In this document: piece after piece, positions 1-8,944 of the stretch
How the letters are laid out: each line of letters begins with the position of its first letter
How positions within the stretch are numbered: the first letter of the stretch is position 1
Source: a virus
Taxonomy: Duplodnaviria > Caudoviricetes
Virus record (IMG/VR): IMGVR_UViG_3300017971_000058
Coordinates: 1 to 55,863 of that record
Direction: 5' to 3' (one strand)
Length of the DNA: 55,863 bases
Program-made: the position numbers and the translations under genes
The notes under the pieces: model-generated
Told to the model about the DNA's origin: nothing
The model's input: only the letters and a program-made list of their open reading frames with translations
Database searches by the model: none

Positions 1-123
1 CGTGCGGCCGTAGCGCCACACGCGGATGCCGTGGACGAACGTGCCCAGGAACAGGGCGCCGGACTCGGCGATCTGCTGGGTGAGGTCCACGGTGCCGGTC
101 GCCATGCGCCGGATGTCGAGCAG
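1..123 (+). repeat. Direct terminal repeat, left copy (circular assembly overlap)
   Basis: 1-123 is identical to 55741-55863, and the capsid ORF reads in frame across the junction. Confidence 0.97.
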
Positions 124-795
124 TCTCGACAGCTCGCCGCACGCATCGGCCAGGAAGGCATCCGCGGCGTCGGTGCCGAGGATCACGTCGGTGACGTTGA
201 GGCTCACGGCGTCGTTGACGAGCGTGGCCGCGTCGAGGAAGTCCTTGCGGAAGGAAGCGGTCGCCTCGTTCCAGCGGTCGCCAGCGCCCAGGGCGTAGCT
301 GTGAGCGGCATCACGCGGGAACGTGATGGTGAAGCTCGACTGGTCCGTGACGGAGTAGGTGATCGCACCGCGCAGCGCCATCGCGCACAGGTACTCCTCG
401 GAGTTGGTGATGTCGTCGCCCAGCATGGCCAGTTCGTTGGCCATGTACTCGCGCATCGCCATCTGGATGCCGTCGGCACCCGGGAAGATGACCGACCCGG
501 GGCGCCGCTTGTTGAGCAGCTCGCTCGGGGTCATCGGACGCTTCACGCGAATGTGGGGCGGGACGATCACGCGGAAGGTCTCGTCACGGCCTTCCGTCAT
601 GATGGCGGCACCGTTGCGTTCCACGAACGGCGCGATCTGACGCCCACGGTCCAGGAAGGACAGCTCGATGTTGCGCGTCGGCACGGGCACGTCGCGCGAG
701 AAGAGCATGTTCTTGATGAAGCTGTTGGGCGCCTTCATGTTGTTCACGGCGGGAGTCAGCGTGCTCCAGCTCAGAACGTCGGCAGAGTTCGGCAT
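1..795 (-). CDS. Major capsid protein (lambda gpE-like), N-terminal part; about 353 aa across the junction
   Basis: Manual translation from ATG 795 (AGGAG RBS upstream): MPNSADVLSWSTLTPAVNNMKAPNSFIKNMLF...IAPFVERNG...EEYLCAMALRG. Joins 55474-55740. Lies downstream of the protease and decoration genes. Confidence 0.88.
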   Translation of the reverse strand, partial: MPNSADVLSWSTLTPAVNNMKAPNSFIKNMLFSRDVPVPTRNIELSFLDRGRQIAPFVERNGAAIMTEGRDETFRVIVPPHIRVKRPMTPSELLNKRRPGSVIFPGADGIQMAMREYMANELAMLGDDITNSEEYLCAMALRGAITYSVTDQSSFTITFPRDAAHSYALGAGDRWNEATASFRKDFLDAATLVNDAVSLNVTDVILGTDAADAFLADACGELSRLLDIRRMATGTVDLTQQIAESGALFLGTFVHGIRVWRYGRT

Positions 796-834
796 TGGAA
801 TCTCCTGTCAGGATGTTGTGAGCAGAAGCTCGGA

Positions 835-1572
835 CTAGGCGACGCCTTGGAGGCCCTGGACGACGATACCCTTCTGGCGAAGGAGCATGGACTTGAGGGC
901 CGCGTCGAGTTCGGATTGGCTCTCGCCGGACGGAAGCGGAATGTCGTCCGCGTAGACCAGGCCGATCTTGAAGACCTGGATGTGCGTCTCGCCAGCGGCG
1001 AGACCTTCGTGCGCCTCGTCGGGCGCCCAAAGCAGGGCGTCGATCTCGACGCCGGAACCGGCACCCGCGGTGTCCTCGGCGAGGACGTGCGCGTTGCCGG
1101 TGAGGCCGCTCATGTCGGCACTCAGATCGACGGGCTTGCCAGCCCACGCACCACCCCAGGTCAGGGTGACGATGGCGTCGGCGACGCCCAGGTTCGCTTC
1201 CGCGGTCGCGACCGCGGCCACGTCACCGGAAGCGACGTTGGGCAGGGCCTCGAGTGCGGCCTGCACCTCGGCAGCCGTGGCGTCGTAGTCGATGGCGGCC
1301 GTGGTGGCACCATCGACGGTCAGGGTGAAGGAGCCAGCGGTGGCGGGCGTGGAGTCGGAGGTGATGGTGCTCACCTCGTCGGTGCCCGCGGACCACACGG
1401 AGTGGAATCCGGTGGACTCGCTGCGCTGGAGCGGGGTGAGGTGGGCCACGTCCGCGTCGGCGGCGAGGGCTGCGAGTTGACTGACGGCGATCCCGTTCTC
1501 GGCCGGGTAGGCGCGAAGGCTCGGAGTCTGCGAAACAGCGTCACCGAACAGCTCTTTGGGTTGGTCGGCCAT
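835..1572 (-). CDS. Head decoration protein with inserted beta-rich domain
   Basis: Sits between protease and capsid genes. Central segment GSFTLTVDGATTAAIDYDATAAEVQAALEAL resembles a module seen in virion proteins. Confidence 0.6.
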   Translation of the reverse strand: MADQPKELFGDAVSQTPSLRAYPAENGIAVSQLAALAADADVAHLTPLQRSESTGFHSVWSAGTDEVSTITSDSTPATAGSFTLTVDGATTAAIDYDATAAEVQAALEALPNVASGDVAAVATAEANLGVADAIVTLTWGGAWAGKPVDLSADMSGLTGNAHVLAEDTAGAGSGVEIDALLWAPDEAHEGLAAGETHIQVFKIGLVYADDIPLPSGESQSELDAALKSMLLRQKGIVVQGLQGVA

Positions 1573-1623
1573 TGGAGTGTACTCCTATTCGTTGGTCGGT
1601 TGGTGTTGAAGTTCGGCGGCTGT

Positions 1624-2748
1624 CTAGCCGTTGACGATGCGGAGGCCGCCCGTGTCGGGCGAGCACCCCATCCTCTCGTTCAGCAGCTTGGCGAGTTCGA
1701 GGCCCTCGGCCTCGCAGGACTTCGCCAGCTCCTCTTCCGCGCTCAGGCCGGACTCGGTGCGAGCCGGGACGTTGCTGCGGTTCTGCGCCTTGAAGAGCTG
1801 GACCTGGAGCTTGCGGACCTCCGGGGCATCCCCTTCCTTGGCGTCGATCCCGGCCTCCTTGAGGTCGGCGACGGTCGGGCCGACTTCACTCAGCGACTTG
1901 CGCATCTGAGCGATGTCGTCGGCACTCATCTTGCCCGAGGCGATGGCCTTGCGCAGCTCGAAGGCGCGCAGCGACGCTTCGTAGTCGGCGAGGGCCTGCG
2001 GGTCGTTCACGTCTCCGGTGAAGGTCGGGGCGGTCTCGACCTCGGGCTTGTTGCCATCGCCTTCGCCCTCGCCCTCTTTGGGCTTCTTCGCCTCCTTGGC
2101 ACCCAGGGCGTCGGCAATCGCGCTCTTGAGAAGGGCGGCGAACTTGACTTCCTGCGCGGCCAGGGCGGCTTGCAGTTCTTCGTTGGTCATGTCGTTCTCC
2201 TGCATGCTGCCGCCCATGCGAGCGGCCACACGTTGTGACGCGGCCTTGGTGTCGATCTCTTCGACGGCCGCTGGGCCGAAGAGACTTACTCCGTCCCAGT
2301 CACCGTTGCGGTACGCCGCACGGAGGCCCGGGTCGTTGATCTTGATGCGGGAGGCCGCGCCGCCGGTCACGTCCACCTCGTTGCCCTCGTAGTCCTTCCA
2401 GCCGTGGAAGCGCTCGTCGGACTTCTGGATGGTGAACACCTCGGTGATCTCGACCGCATCGCGCGGGAGCACTTCACCGTCGTGTTCGATGTCGAGCTGT
2501 CCACCGTTCGCGATCAGCGAACTCATCATGGAGTCGATCGCGCTTTCGGTGTCGGCGAAGTCACCATCGGCGTCGGCGAGACCCTTCGGCCAGATGACGT
2601 TGAGCAGCTCGCCCTTCTCCACGTCGGTCGCCTTCGTGAGCGAGGCGTACTCGGCGGTGCCGTCGGACTTGTAGAGAGTCTGGAGGCCGTTCTTCCCCCG
2701 CTTGCACAGTGCGAGGCGCTTCACCTCGGCCTTCTTGATTCGACGCAT
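1624..2748 (-). CDS. Prohead protease (XkdF-like) fused to scaffold region
   Basis: DADGDF...IEHDG...WDGVSLFG motifs, followed by a charged coiled-coil C-terminus. Upstream of capsid; AGGAG RBS. Confidence 0.75.
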   Translation of the reverse strand: MRRIKKAEVKRLALCKRGKNGLQTLYKSDGTAEYASLTKATDVEKGELLNVIWPKGLADADGDFADTESAIDSMMSSLIANGGQLDIEHDGEVLPRDAVEITEVFTIQKSDERFHGWKDYEGNEVDVTGGAASRIKINDPGLRAAYRNGDWDGVSLFGPAAVEEIDTKAASQRVAARMGGSMQENDMTNEELQAALAAQEVKFAALLKSAIADALGAKEAKKPKEGEGEGDGNKPEVETAPTFTGDVNDPQALADYEASLRAFELRKAIASGKMSADDIAQMRKSLSEVGPTVADLKEAGIDAKEGDAPEVRKLQVQLFKAQNRSNVPARTESGLSAEEELAKSCEAEGLELAKLLNERMGCSPDTGGLRIVNG

Positions 2749-2884
2749 GGTAGCTCCTTAGACGACGAGCAGGCCGCGACCCTGGAGGAGGTCACGGCCT
2801 TGTGCTCCGGCGGATGAGAGGAAGTGGACGAACAAATCCGAGATTTCTCTTGCGGCGGCACGGATCTTGTGATACCGTACACGC

Positions 2885-2913
2885 ACCGTAGCACGGCAAA
2901 ACGGCCGTGTCAA
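2885..2913 (-). promoter_or_regulatory. Sigma-70-type promoter of the head/tail operon
   Basis: TTGACA-N17-TACGGT with extended TG. Shares CCGTGYTACGGT with the promoter at 31673-31701. Confidence 0.65.
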
Positions 2914-2998
2914 GTTGAAAATCGGATTTTCTGCTTCAAGGGATAGACCTACCCCAAGACGTTGGGATGGTCTGCCCTGCACCCTGACGAGGGACCTG

Positions 2999-4528
2999 AT
3001 GACTGACCAAGATCCCGGCACCGAGATGAAGCTGATCTCGGTGGACCGCCCCGCACCGACGGACATCCACGGTGACGGCTCGATGCTGTTCACCATGCTC
3101 AAGAAGGCCGTCAAGGCGGCCACGGACGACGCCGCGAAAGGCGACACGAACGCCGGGGTCGCGGTGGGCAAGAAGCCGCACCTCATCGACAAGATGGTGT
3201 CGCGCGACCTGCGCGACTTCAACGCCACGCACGCCATCTGCATCGACGCCAAGGTCTCGTCCACCGTGGGCCTTGGACACCGCGAGCAGGTCATCCACGA
3301 AACGCTGGATCCGCTCACGCGCTTCTCCTGGCAAGACACGCTGAACGCGCTCGCCGAGGACTACTTCGAGACCGGCGAGTGCTTCCTCGAAGTGGTGTAC
3401 GGGGACGCGGAGGCCGCCGGGAAGATCACCGGCCTGCACCACATCGAGTCGGCGCAGATCCACGTCGAGGTCGAAGAGCAGGACAGCGCCAACCTCTTCC
3501 ACTACGTCGTCGAGGGCGAGCAGGGCGGCGCCGACACGTTGGTCATGGCGAAGTGGGGCGACCTGGCGGATCTCAAGACACGCTTCGGGCAGGGCGACAA
3601 GGAGGCCGACGGCGAACTCGAGGGCATCGACAACACGCCCGCCAACGATGTGATCCAACCCTCCGAGCGCACCGGCTCCGCGCTCGCTGGCACCATCGTG
3701 AACAGCGAGGTCATCCACATCCGGCAGGCCACCAACCGCGACCGTTGGTATGGCTACCCCGACTACATGAGCGCGGTGCCGAGCATCGAGCTGGTTCAGT
3801 GCATGACCCAGCACGAGTTCGATTTCTACTTCAACCGCGGCGTGCCGGAGTTCCTGTTCTTCCTGCTCGGGAAGAACATCGGCGGGTGCTGGTCGAAGAT
3901 CGAGACGATGCTCAAGGCCAACCAGGGTATCGGCAACTCGCAGAAGACTCAGGGTGTCCACATCCCTGGCGATCCGAACGAGACCCACGTCCAGATCGAA
4001 AAGCTCGCGATGGAGGACGCCGGGAACAGCGGCTTCTCCGAGAAGTCGGGCACGCTCGACATGCGCATCGCGACCGCGCACGGCATGCCGCCCAAGCTCG
4101 CCAACATCGCGCTGCCGGGTAAGATCGGCGCGTCGAATGAGGAGCCGAACGCGATGCTGACCTTCCAGCAGCGCAAGCTGGGCCAGGCCCAAAAGAACTT
4201 CTCCCGCGTGTTCGCCTGCACGCTGGGTGGTGAGGGGATCTCCTTCGCCCAGCCGACCGGCGGATCCAAGTCGCTGACCGCGGACCAGTTCCTTGCGAAG
4301 AGCGCCAAGCCGGTGGACGACAACGACGTGCCGCAGTTCATCCAGCCCGGCAACGGCTTCAACACCATCCTCGACGGCATGACCCTGGGCGCCCAGAACA
4401 CGATGGCGTCGATGAAGGACCCGATGGGCGCGACCGATCGGAACCCGGAGGACGGGAAGCTCGACGGCGCCCGTGACCGCAAGCCGGGCGACCGGCGACA
4501 GTCCCGCGGGCCTGGTACTGGCGAATGA
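2999..4528 (+). CDS. Portal protein (PBSX/P2-like)
   Basis: LAEDYFETGECFLE, EVIHIR, WYGYPDYMSA, FYFNRGVPEF and IATAHGMPPKL motifs. Start placed at ATG 2999. Confidence 0.85.
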   Translation: MTDQDPGTEMKLISVDRPAPTDIHGDGSMLFTMLKKAVKAATDDAAKGDTNAGVAVGKKPHLIDKMVSRDLRDFNATHAICIDAKVSSTVGLGHREQVIHETLDPLTRFSWQDTLNALAEDYFETGECFLEVVYGDAEAAGKITGLHHIESAQIHVEVEEQDSANLFHYVVEGEQGGADTLVMAKWGDLADLKTRFGQGDKEADGELEGIDNTPANDVIQPSERTGSALAGTIVNSEVIHIRQATNRDRWYGYPDYMSAVPSIELVQCMTQHEFDFYFNRGVPEFLFFLLGKNIGGCWSKIETMLKANQGIGNSQKTQGVHIPGDPNETHVQIEKLAMEDAGNSGFSEKSGTLDMRIATAHGMPPKLANIALPGKIGASNEEPNAMLTFQQRKLGQAQKNFSRVFACTLGGEGISFAQPTGGSKSLTADQFLAKSAKPVDDNDVPQFIQPGNGFNTILDGMTLGAQNTMASMKDPMGATDRNPEDGKLDGARDRKPGDRRQSRGPGTGE

Positions 4529-5079
4529 TAAAGAAGCGCAGGTTGATCCGGCTCATCCTGGAGGACTTGGGCCAGCGTGAGCTGGCTCGAGTCCGCAGCA
4601 CCATCGGCTCGAAGACGTTGCGGGCCGCCATCCGGCTCATCATCAACGAGTCGCGGATGCGCGGGCGCTTGTTCATCCCGCACTACTGGGCGATCTGGTA
4701 TCACGACGGCCGAGGGCCGGTGCAGCCGAAGCGCGCCCGCAAGCTGGTGTTCTTCGACAACCCGAAGGACGACCCTCGCCTCAAGCAAGGCTATCCGGTC
4801 AAGCGGTCTCAGGTGGTGCGCCTGACCAAAGAGCAGTACCAAGAAGGGCTCCGGCGCAACCGACTGCGCCCGCCCGGCACCAGGCCGTACATGTACGTCG
4901 TGGACGCGGTAGGGCCTGCGGCGCCTCGGCCCTTCTTCACGCAGCTAGCCGTCGGCGCGGAGGCGCGAGCCGAGCCTATCGTGCGTCAGCACTTCGAGCG
5001 TGAGCTGTTGAAGTGGCTCGACGAGGACAAGGCCGTCCAGGGCGAGATGCGCGTCGCGAAACTGAATCTCGGCCTCTAG
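4525..5079 (+). CDS. Putative neck/tail-completion protein (HK97 gp10-like)
   Basis: Basic protein with YWAIWYHDGRG and PRPFF motifs, coupled to the portal by an ATGA overlap. Confidence 0.5.
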   Translation: MIKKRRLIRLILEDLGQRELARVRSTIGSKTLRAAIRLIINESRMRGRLFIPHYWAIWYHDGRGPVQPKRARKLVFFDNPKDDPRLKQGYPVKRSQVVRLTKEQYQEGLRRNRLRPPGTRPYMYVVDAVGPAAPRPFFTQLAVGAEARAEPIVRQHFERELLKWLDEDKAVQGEMRVAKLNLGL

Positions 5080-5386
5080 CACGAGCTCGCGCAACGCGCA
5101 GGGCAGTCATCGTTAGGGCGTTCTGACCCGCCCTATGCTCACGGTGGGTAGCGTTACGTGGCCCTCGGAGCACGGCCACGGCGGTCCACACGAGGGCCCC
5201 AGCGCTCGAAGTGACGGCAGCCCAGTGGAGCCCCAACGTGCTGTACGTCACAGCGAAGAGCATCAGGAATGAAGCGGTGGGCACGCTGGTCAGGCGCGGG
5301 ACCGCCGTCGCCGAGCTGCAAAGCATCGGGAGGAGGGACAGGGCGAAGAACAGCCCGCCCGAGGCGAGTATGAAGTCCTGCCACAC
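4976..5386 (-). CDS. Small three-helix membrane protein (PQ-loop/SemiSWEET-like)
   Basis: Three hydrophobic segments in the first ~75 aa; GTG start after the preceding gene. Confidence 0.45.
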   Translation of the reverse strand: MWQDFILASGGLFFALSLLPMLCSSATAVPRLTSVPTASFLMLFAVTYSTLGLHWAAVTSSAGALVWTAVAVLRGPRNATHREHRAGQNALTMTALRVARARARGRDSVSRRASRPGRPCPRRATSTAHARSADAR

Positions 5387-5390
5387 GGCC

Positions 5391-5594
5391 TTAGCCTCCC
5401 GGCCTGATGTTCAGCTTGGCAAGCACCGGGATCTCGATGACCATGACCTCCTGGTCTCCCCGGCGCTGGATGTGCTGGAAGTATTGAGCGGCGTTCTCGT
5501 ACACGCGCTTGCCCAACACTCTGCCTGACGGCTGCTCCGTGAGCGTCAGCACGATGTCGTTCCCCTCTCGCGTGGCGTTCTGTTGTACTCGCAT
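5391..5594 (-). CDS. Hypothetical protein (67 aa)
   Basis: MRVQQNATREG...; TAATG coupling to the upstream gene. Confidence 0.6.
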   Translation of the reverse strand: MRVQQNATREGNDIVLTLTEQPSGRVLGKRVYENAAQYFQHIQRRGDQEVMVIEIPVLAKLNIRPGG

Positions 5595-6898
5595 TAGATT
5601 TCCAGCATGGCCGAGAGTTGGTCGCGCTCGTGTTGGCGGATCTTCCAGACACGGCCGCGGAAGGTTGCGATGTCGGCGCCCACCTCGGCGAATTCGCCGG
5701 AGACGTGGCCGGAGTCCGGGTAAAGAGTCACCACCAGGAAGCCGCAGGTCCACGCGTTGAACTCGACGGGGCCGAAGAGGTAGCCAGCGGCGATGGCCTC
5801 CGGGCTCGCCATGCACGAGGTCTGGAACCAGTCGTGGACGCCCGTGGCGTACGAGCCCATCGACACGCGCTGCCGGTCGTGCATGTGGCCGTTGGTGCCG
5901 TTGGTCATGAAGCGCAGCATGTGCTTGCGCGGCGAGTCCTTGCCGCAGAGCCAGCCGTGGACGGTCGTCCAGAGCATGCGGCCGTCGGGCGCGTGGATGG
6001 TCTCCCAGTTCTGCGCGATGTCCTTCTTGCGCTGCTGCGCCGACAGGTGCAGGAAGTTGCTCCGGCACACGAGTCCGATCTCCAACTCGTCGAGCTTGAA
6101 CTGCTCGGCGAATTTCAGGCTGCGCAGCGAGGCGAACATCGGCCCCTTGTCTGCCATCGCAGTCACCAGCCGCACGTCGTGGTTCCCGATGAGGAACTTG
6201 ATGTCGGCCTTCGGGCAGCGCTTGCGCGCGGGGCGCAGCACGTCGTTCACCGCCCAGTCGATCTCGTCCTGCACCGTCATCGGGAAGTGCCCCGGGAACT
6301 GGCGGTGCGTCGAGAGCGAGGGGAAGTCCACGAGGTCGCCGTTGATACGGATGGCGTCCGGCTGCAAGTCCTTGAGCACGTCGTTCCACACGCGCAGCGC
6401 GAACGGGTTGCAGAAGTGTGAATGGAAGTCGCTGCCGATCACCAGCGTGATCGGGCGCTTGCCGACCCGGAGCTTGTCGTACGCCCCGTGCCAGGGCGTG
6501 ACGTGTTCGTCCGCGTAGCGGGCCAAGTCCTGCGCGCGAGTCGTCTTCGAGATGTTGCGCTTGACCGTGCGGGTGTGCAGGGTCTCGTCGAGCCCGGCCT
6601 GGCGCCTGAACTCGGCCCAGAGTCCGAAGCAGAAGTCCACCAGGGACGTGCTGTAGTAGCCGAGCTGCCGGTAGCGGTCGCGACTCGAGGACGGGCCGAG
6701 GATCTCGCGCGGAATCTCGGACACCCGCACCAGGTCGTCGATGAGGAGCTGCTTGACCTCATCGGCCATGCCGGGGTCGTCGCGCAGCTCCCGGAGCACC
6801 TTGCTGTTGTCGGCGCGCTTGGCCTTCGCTGCGGCGACGAGCTCCTTGAGCTTCTCCCCGCGGGCCTCGTGCTTGGATACCTTCTTGCTCTTGTTCAT
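5594..6898 (-). CDS. Calcineurin-like metallophosphoesterase with N-terminal extension
   Basis: SDFH, NGDLVD, GNHD, VHG and GHMH motifs. Confidence 0.85.
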   Translation of the reverse strand: MNKSKKVSKHEARGEKLKELVAAAKAKRADNSKVLRELRDDPGMADEVKQLLIDDLVRVSEIPREILGPSSSRDRYRQLGYYSTSLVDFCFGLWAEFRRQAGLDETLHTRTVKRNISKTTRAQDLARYADEHVTPWHGAYDKLRVGKRPITLVIGSDFHSHFCNPFALRVWNDVLKDLQPDAIRINGDLVDFPSLSTHRQFPGHFPMTVQDEIDWAVNDVLRPARKRCPKADIKFLIGNHDVRLVTAMADKGPMFASLRSLKFAEQFKLDELEIGLVCRSNFLHLSAQQRKKDIAQNWETIHAPDGRMLWTTVHGWLCGKDSPRKHMLRFMTNGTNGHMHDRQRVSMGSYATGVHDWFQTSCMASPEAIAAGYLFGPVEFNAWTCGFLVVTLYPDSGHVSGEFAEVGADIATFRGRVWKIRQHERDQLSAMLEI

Positions 6899-7425
6899 GT
6901 GACTGGATTCAGGTATGCCCACCGGGCCAGCAGCAGCGCGTCACCGACGTGCTTCCACTGTCCACGGGAGATGTGCTGGAAAGCGGCCGGTACTCTGACA
7001 GGCCGCGCGTACCGTCTATCGCCGGAACCGACGATCTCGTAACCCCATCCGAGCTGCGCGTAGAGCCTGCCCTGGTGCGCGTGCTTGGCCACCCCTCCCT
7101 TCCACTCGGAAGGGGTCGGGAAGATCAAGTCGATGTTCGGGAACTGCTGACGGACCCAAAGGCCCGCGGCTCCGGCGACGTGCGCGAGCTTGATGATGTC
7201 GGCCTTGCGCTTCGTGCGCCGGTCGATCTGCTGGCTCTCGACCGCACAGATCGAGGGCCGCTCGTACCCTTGCATAGAGTAGCTGGTGTGTGCCAGCGTG
7301 TCGAGGATCTGGTAGTTGGAGGTCGCGCCGACGACGTGGAACACCGACGCGCCCAGCGGCCCGTCGTCGCCCCAGAGGCCGAGTGCGAGATCCTTGCTGT
7401 CCGGGTCGATGCCTAGTGCGATCAT
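6895..7425 (-). CDS. RuvC-like Holliday junction resolvase
   Basis: ALGIDPD N-terminus, AVESQ, PSEWK and DALLLA catalytic pattern. Confidence 0.8.
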   Translation of the reverse strand: MIALGIDPDSKDLALGLWGDDGPLGASVFHVVGATSNYQILDTLAHTSYSMQGYERPSICAVESQQIDRRTKRKADIIKLAHVAGAAGLWVRQQFPNIDLIFPTPSEWKGGVAKHAHQGRLYAQLGWGYEIVGSGDRRYARPVRVPAAFQHISRGQWKHVGDALLLARWAYLNPVT

Positions 7426-7506
7426 GGTGTTGGCGATGAGGGGTCGGTGTGGGCACGGGCGCAGGTTGGTAAGGATGTGCTGCGCATTCCCGTGGGCCAG
7501 CCTTCC

Positions 7507-7698
7507 TCAGTATCGCTCCTCTTCGGTGATTTCGTGCTCAACGATCTTCCGGTACATGGTGCTTGCTCCGATGCCCAGGATGTCCGCGGCCGTCTCTGCG
7601 TGGCCCCCAGCCTGCCTGAGTGCCCGAACGATAACACACCGCTCGGCCTCTGTCAAGCTGTTTTCGGAAAGATCGTTCAGGCGGATGATGATGGCCAT
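7507..7698 (-). CDS. Stand-alone Fis-family (HTH_8) DNA-binding protein
   Basis: LTEAERCVIVRALRQAGGHAETAADILGIGASTMYRKI matches the C-terminal HTH of Fis and NtrC-type enhancer-binding proteins. GGAG RBS. Confidence 0.85.
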   Translation of the reverse strand: MAIIIRLNDLSENSLTEAERCVIVRALRQAGGHAETAADILGIGASTMYRKIVEHEITEEERY

Positions 7699-7699
7699 T

Positions 7700-8944
7700 C
7701 TAGCTCTCCTCCGTGCCCTCCGGCAGCTCCTCGAGTCCGTCCTGCTCCTGGCAAGCCCGGCAGGGCCAGCCGTCGGCCGGGTCGGAAGTGGGTGAGAACA
7801 CTCCCGTGCCGTCGCATTCCAGGCACCCCTCCTCTTCCTTCTCGGCGGCCTCCGCGGCCTCCTCTTGCGCCTCCTCCTCGGTCATCTCCATGAGCGACGG
7901 GTCGCCCGGGAAGACCGTGGTCACGACCGTGCGCAGCTCTCCGGAGATCCACTCGGTGCAGTCCTCCATCTGCTCGACACGATCCTGCACGCGGGTGACA
8001 CGGATCACACGCTCCCCGTAGCCGTCGTCCCGCAGCGCTTGGACGCACGCCAGGGTGTGATCCAGGTCGGTGCGCCGCGGCCCCTGCTGGGCCCACACGA
8101 AGCCCTCCGGATGCTCCGGCGGCGCGGGCAGCATGACCTCCAGCTCGAAGCCCAGGATCTGCCCACCGTAGATGCTGACCGGCGTGTTGCGCTTGTGCGC
8201 CAGTTCGGCCTCGGTGTATGGAGCCTTCGGGTTCGGGAAGCGGTCGAGCACTTGCCCGTTCTCGGCGTGGGCTCGCTCCATCCAACCCTCGACCGCGCAA
8301 GGGGGCCGGTCGTCGAACTTGACCATGCCATTCATCTGAGCATCGCGCAGCACCACCAATGAGGCGATGGCCTTGGTGATGTGATGCAGCCCAGAACCAG
8401 GGTCGATGTCCTGACCTTCTACGTAGTCGTCGATATGACGCCGGGCAGCGCCGATGTACACCATAGGACGGACACCAGCCACTCGATAGTTGAACGCCGC
8501 ATACTTGCATGCGCCCTCGTTCATGGCTGCGCCGATCTCGTAGAGCACTGGGACGGGCACGTTGTTGTAGCTCGCCTTGCGTGACCCGATGGCGTCCTTC
8601 GGGTTGGTGTCCTTGGTGGGCGGCGATTCGCCACCTTCGGTGCGGTTGATCTTGTTCACTCCTGCCTGGTCGTCCTCGACCAAACCTTGTTCTCGTAGCT
8701 CACGCATTACTTCGTCTGCCTCTTCCTCACTGTACTCTGCCTCTTGAATGTTGTCGTACAAGCTGGCTCTCTCGAACTTCTGCTCGCACGTTTGCTGGCA
8801 CGGCTCGTCAGAAGGCTCGGCCGGGATGCAGGGCGGTTCGGAGAAGTCGATCTGACATCCTTGCTGATTCAGTCCTCTTCTCTTTTGCATGTCGCGTCGC
8901 AACCGGATCTCCTCCAGTTCCATGCTGTCGTAGGTCTCGTTCAT
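7700..8944 (-). CDS. DUF5664-like (dATP/dGTP diphosphohydrolase N-terminal) domain protein
   Basis: NPKDAIGSRK...GACKYAAFNYR...RHI...DIDPGSGLHH motif, acidic flanks and a C-terminal CxxC-CxxC. Confidence 0.7.
   Translation of the reverse strand: MNETYDSMELEEIRLRRDMQKRRGLNQQGCQIDFSEPPCIPAEPSDEPCQQTCEQKFERASLYDNIQEAEYSEEEADEVMRELREQGLVEDDQAGVNKINRTEGGESPPTKDTNPKDAIGSRKASYNNVPVPVLYEIGAAMNEGACKYAAFNYRVAGVRPMVYIGAARRHIDDYVEGQDIDPGSGLHHITKAIASLVVLRDAQMNGMVKFDDRPPCAVEGWMERAHAENGQVLDRFPNPKAPYTEAELAHKRNTPVSIYGGQILGFELEVMLPAPPEHPEGFVWAQQGPRRTDLDHTLACVQALRDDGYGERVIRVTRVQDRVEQMEDCTEWISGELRTVVTTVFPGDPSLMEMTEEEAQEEAAEAAEKEEEGCLECDGTGVFSPTSDPADGWPCRACQEQDGLEELPEGTEES

Noticed and set aside
1-123. Biological terminal repeat
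   Set aside because: It falls mid-capsid gene and is best explained as assembler overlap of a circular contig.
31-2238. Long antisense ORFs (e.g. 31-2238 +, 8962-11265 +, 32096-35353 -, 37016-39046 -, 48302-50344 +)
   Set aside because: Shadow ORFs caused by high GC3 on the opposite coding strand; no recognisable motifs.
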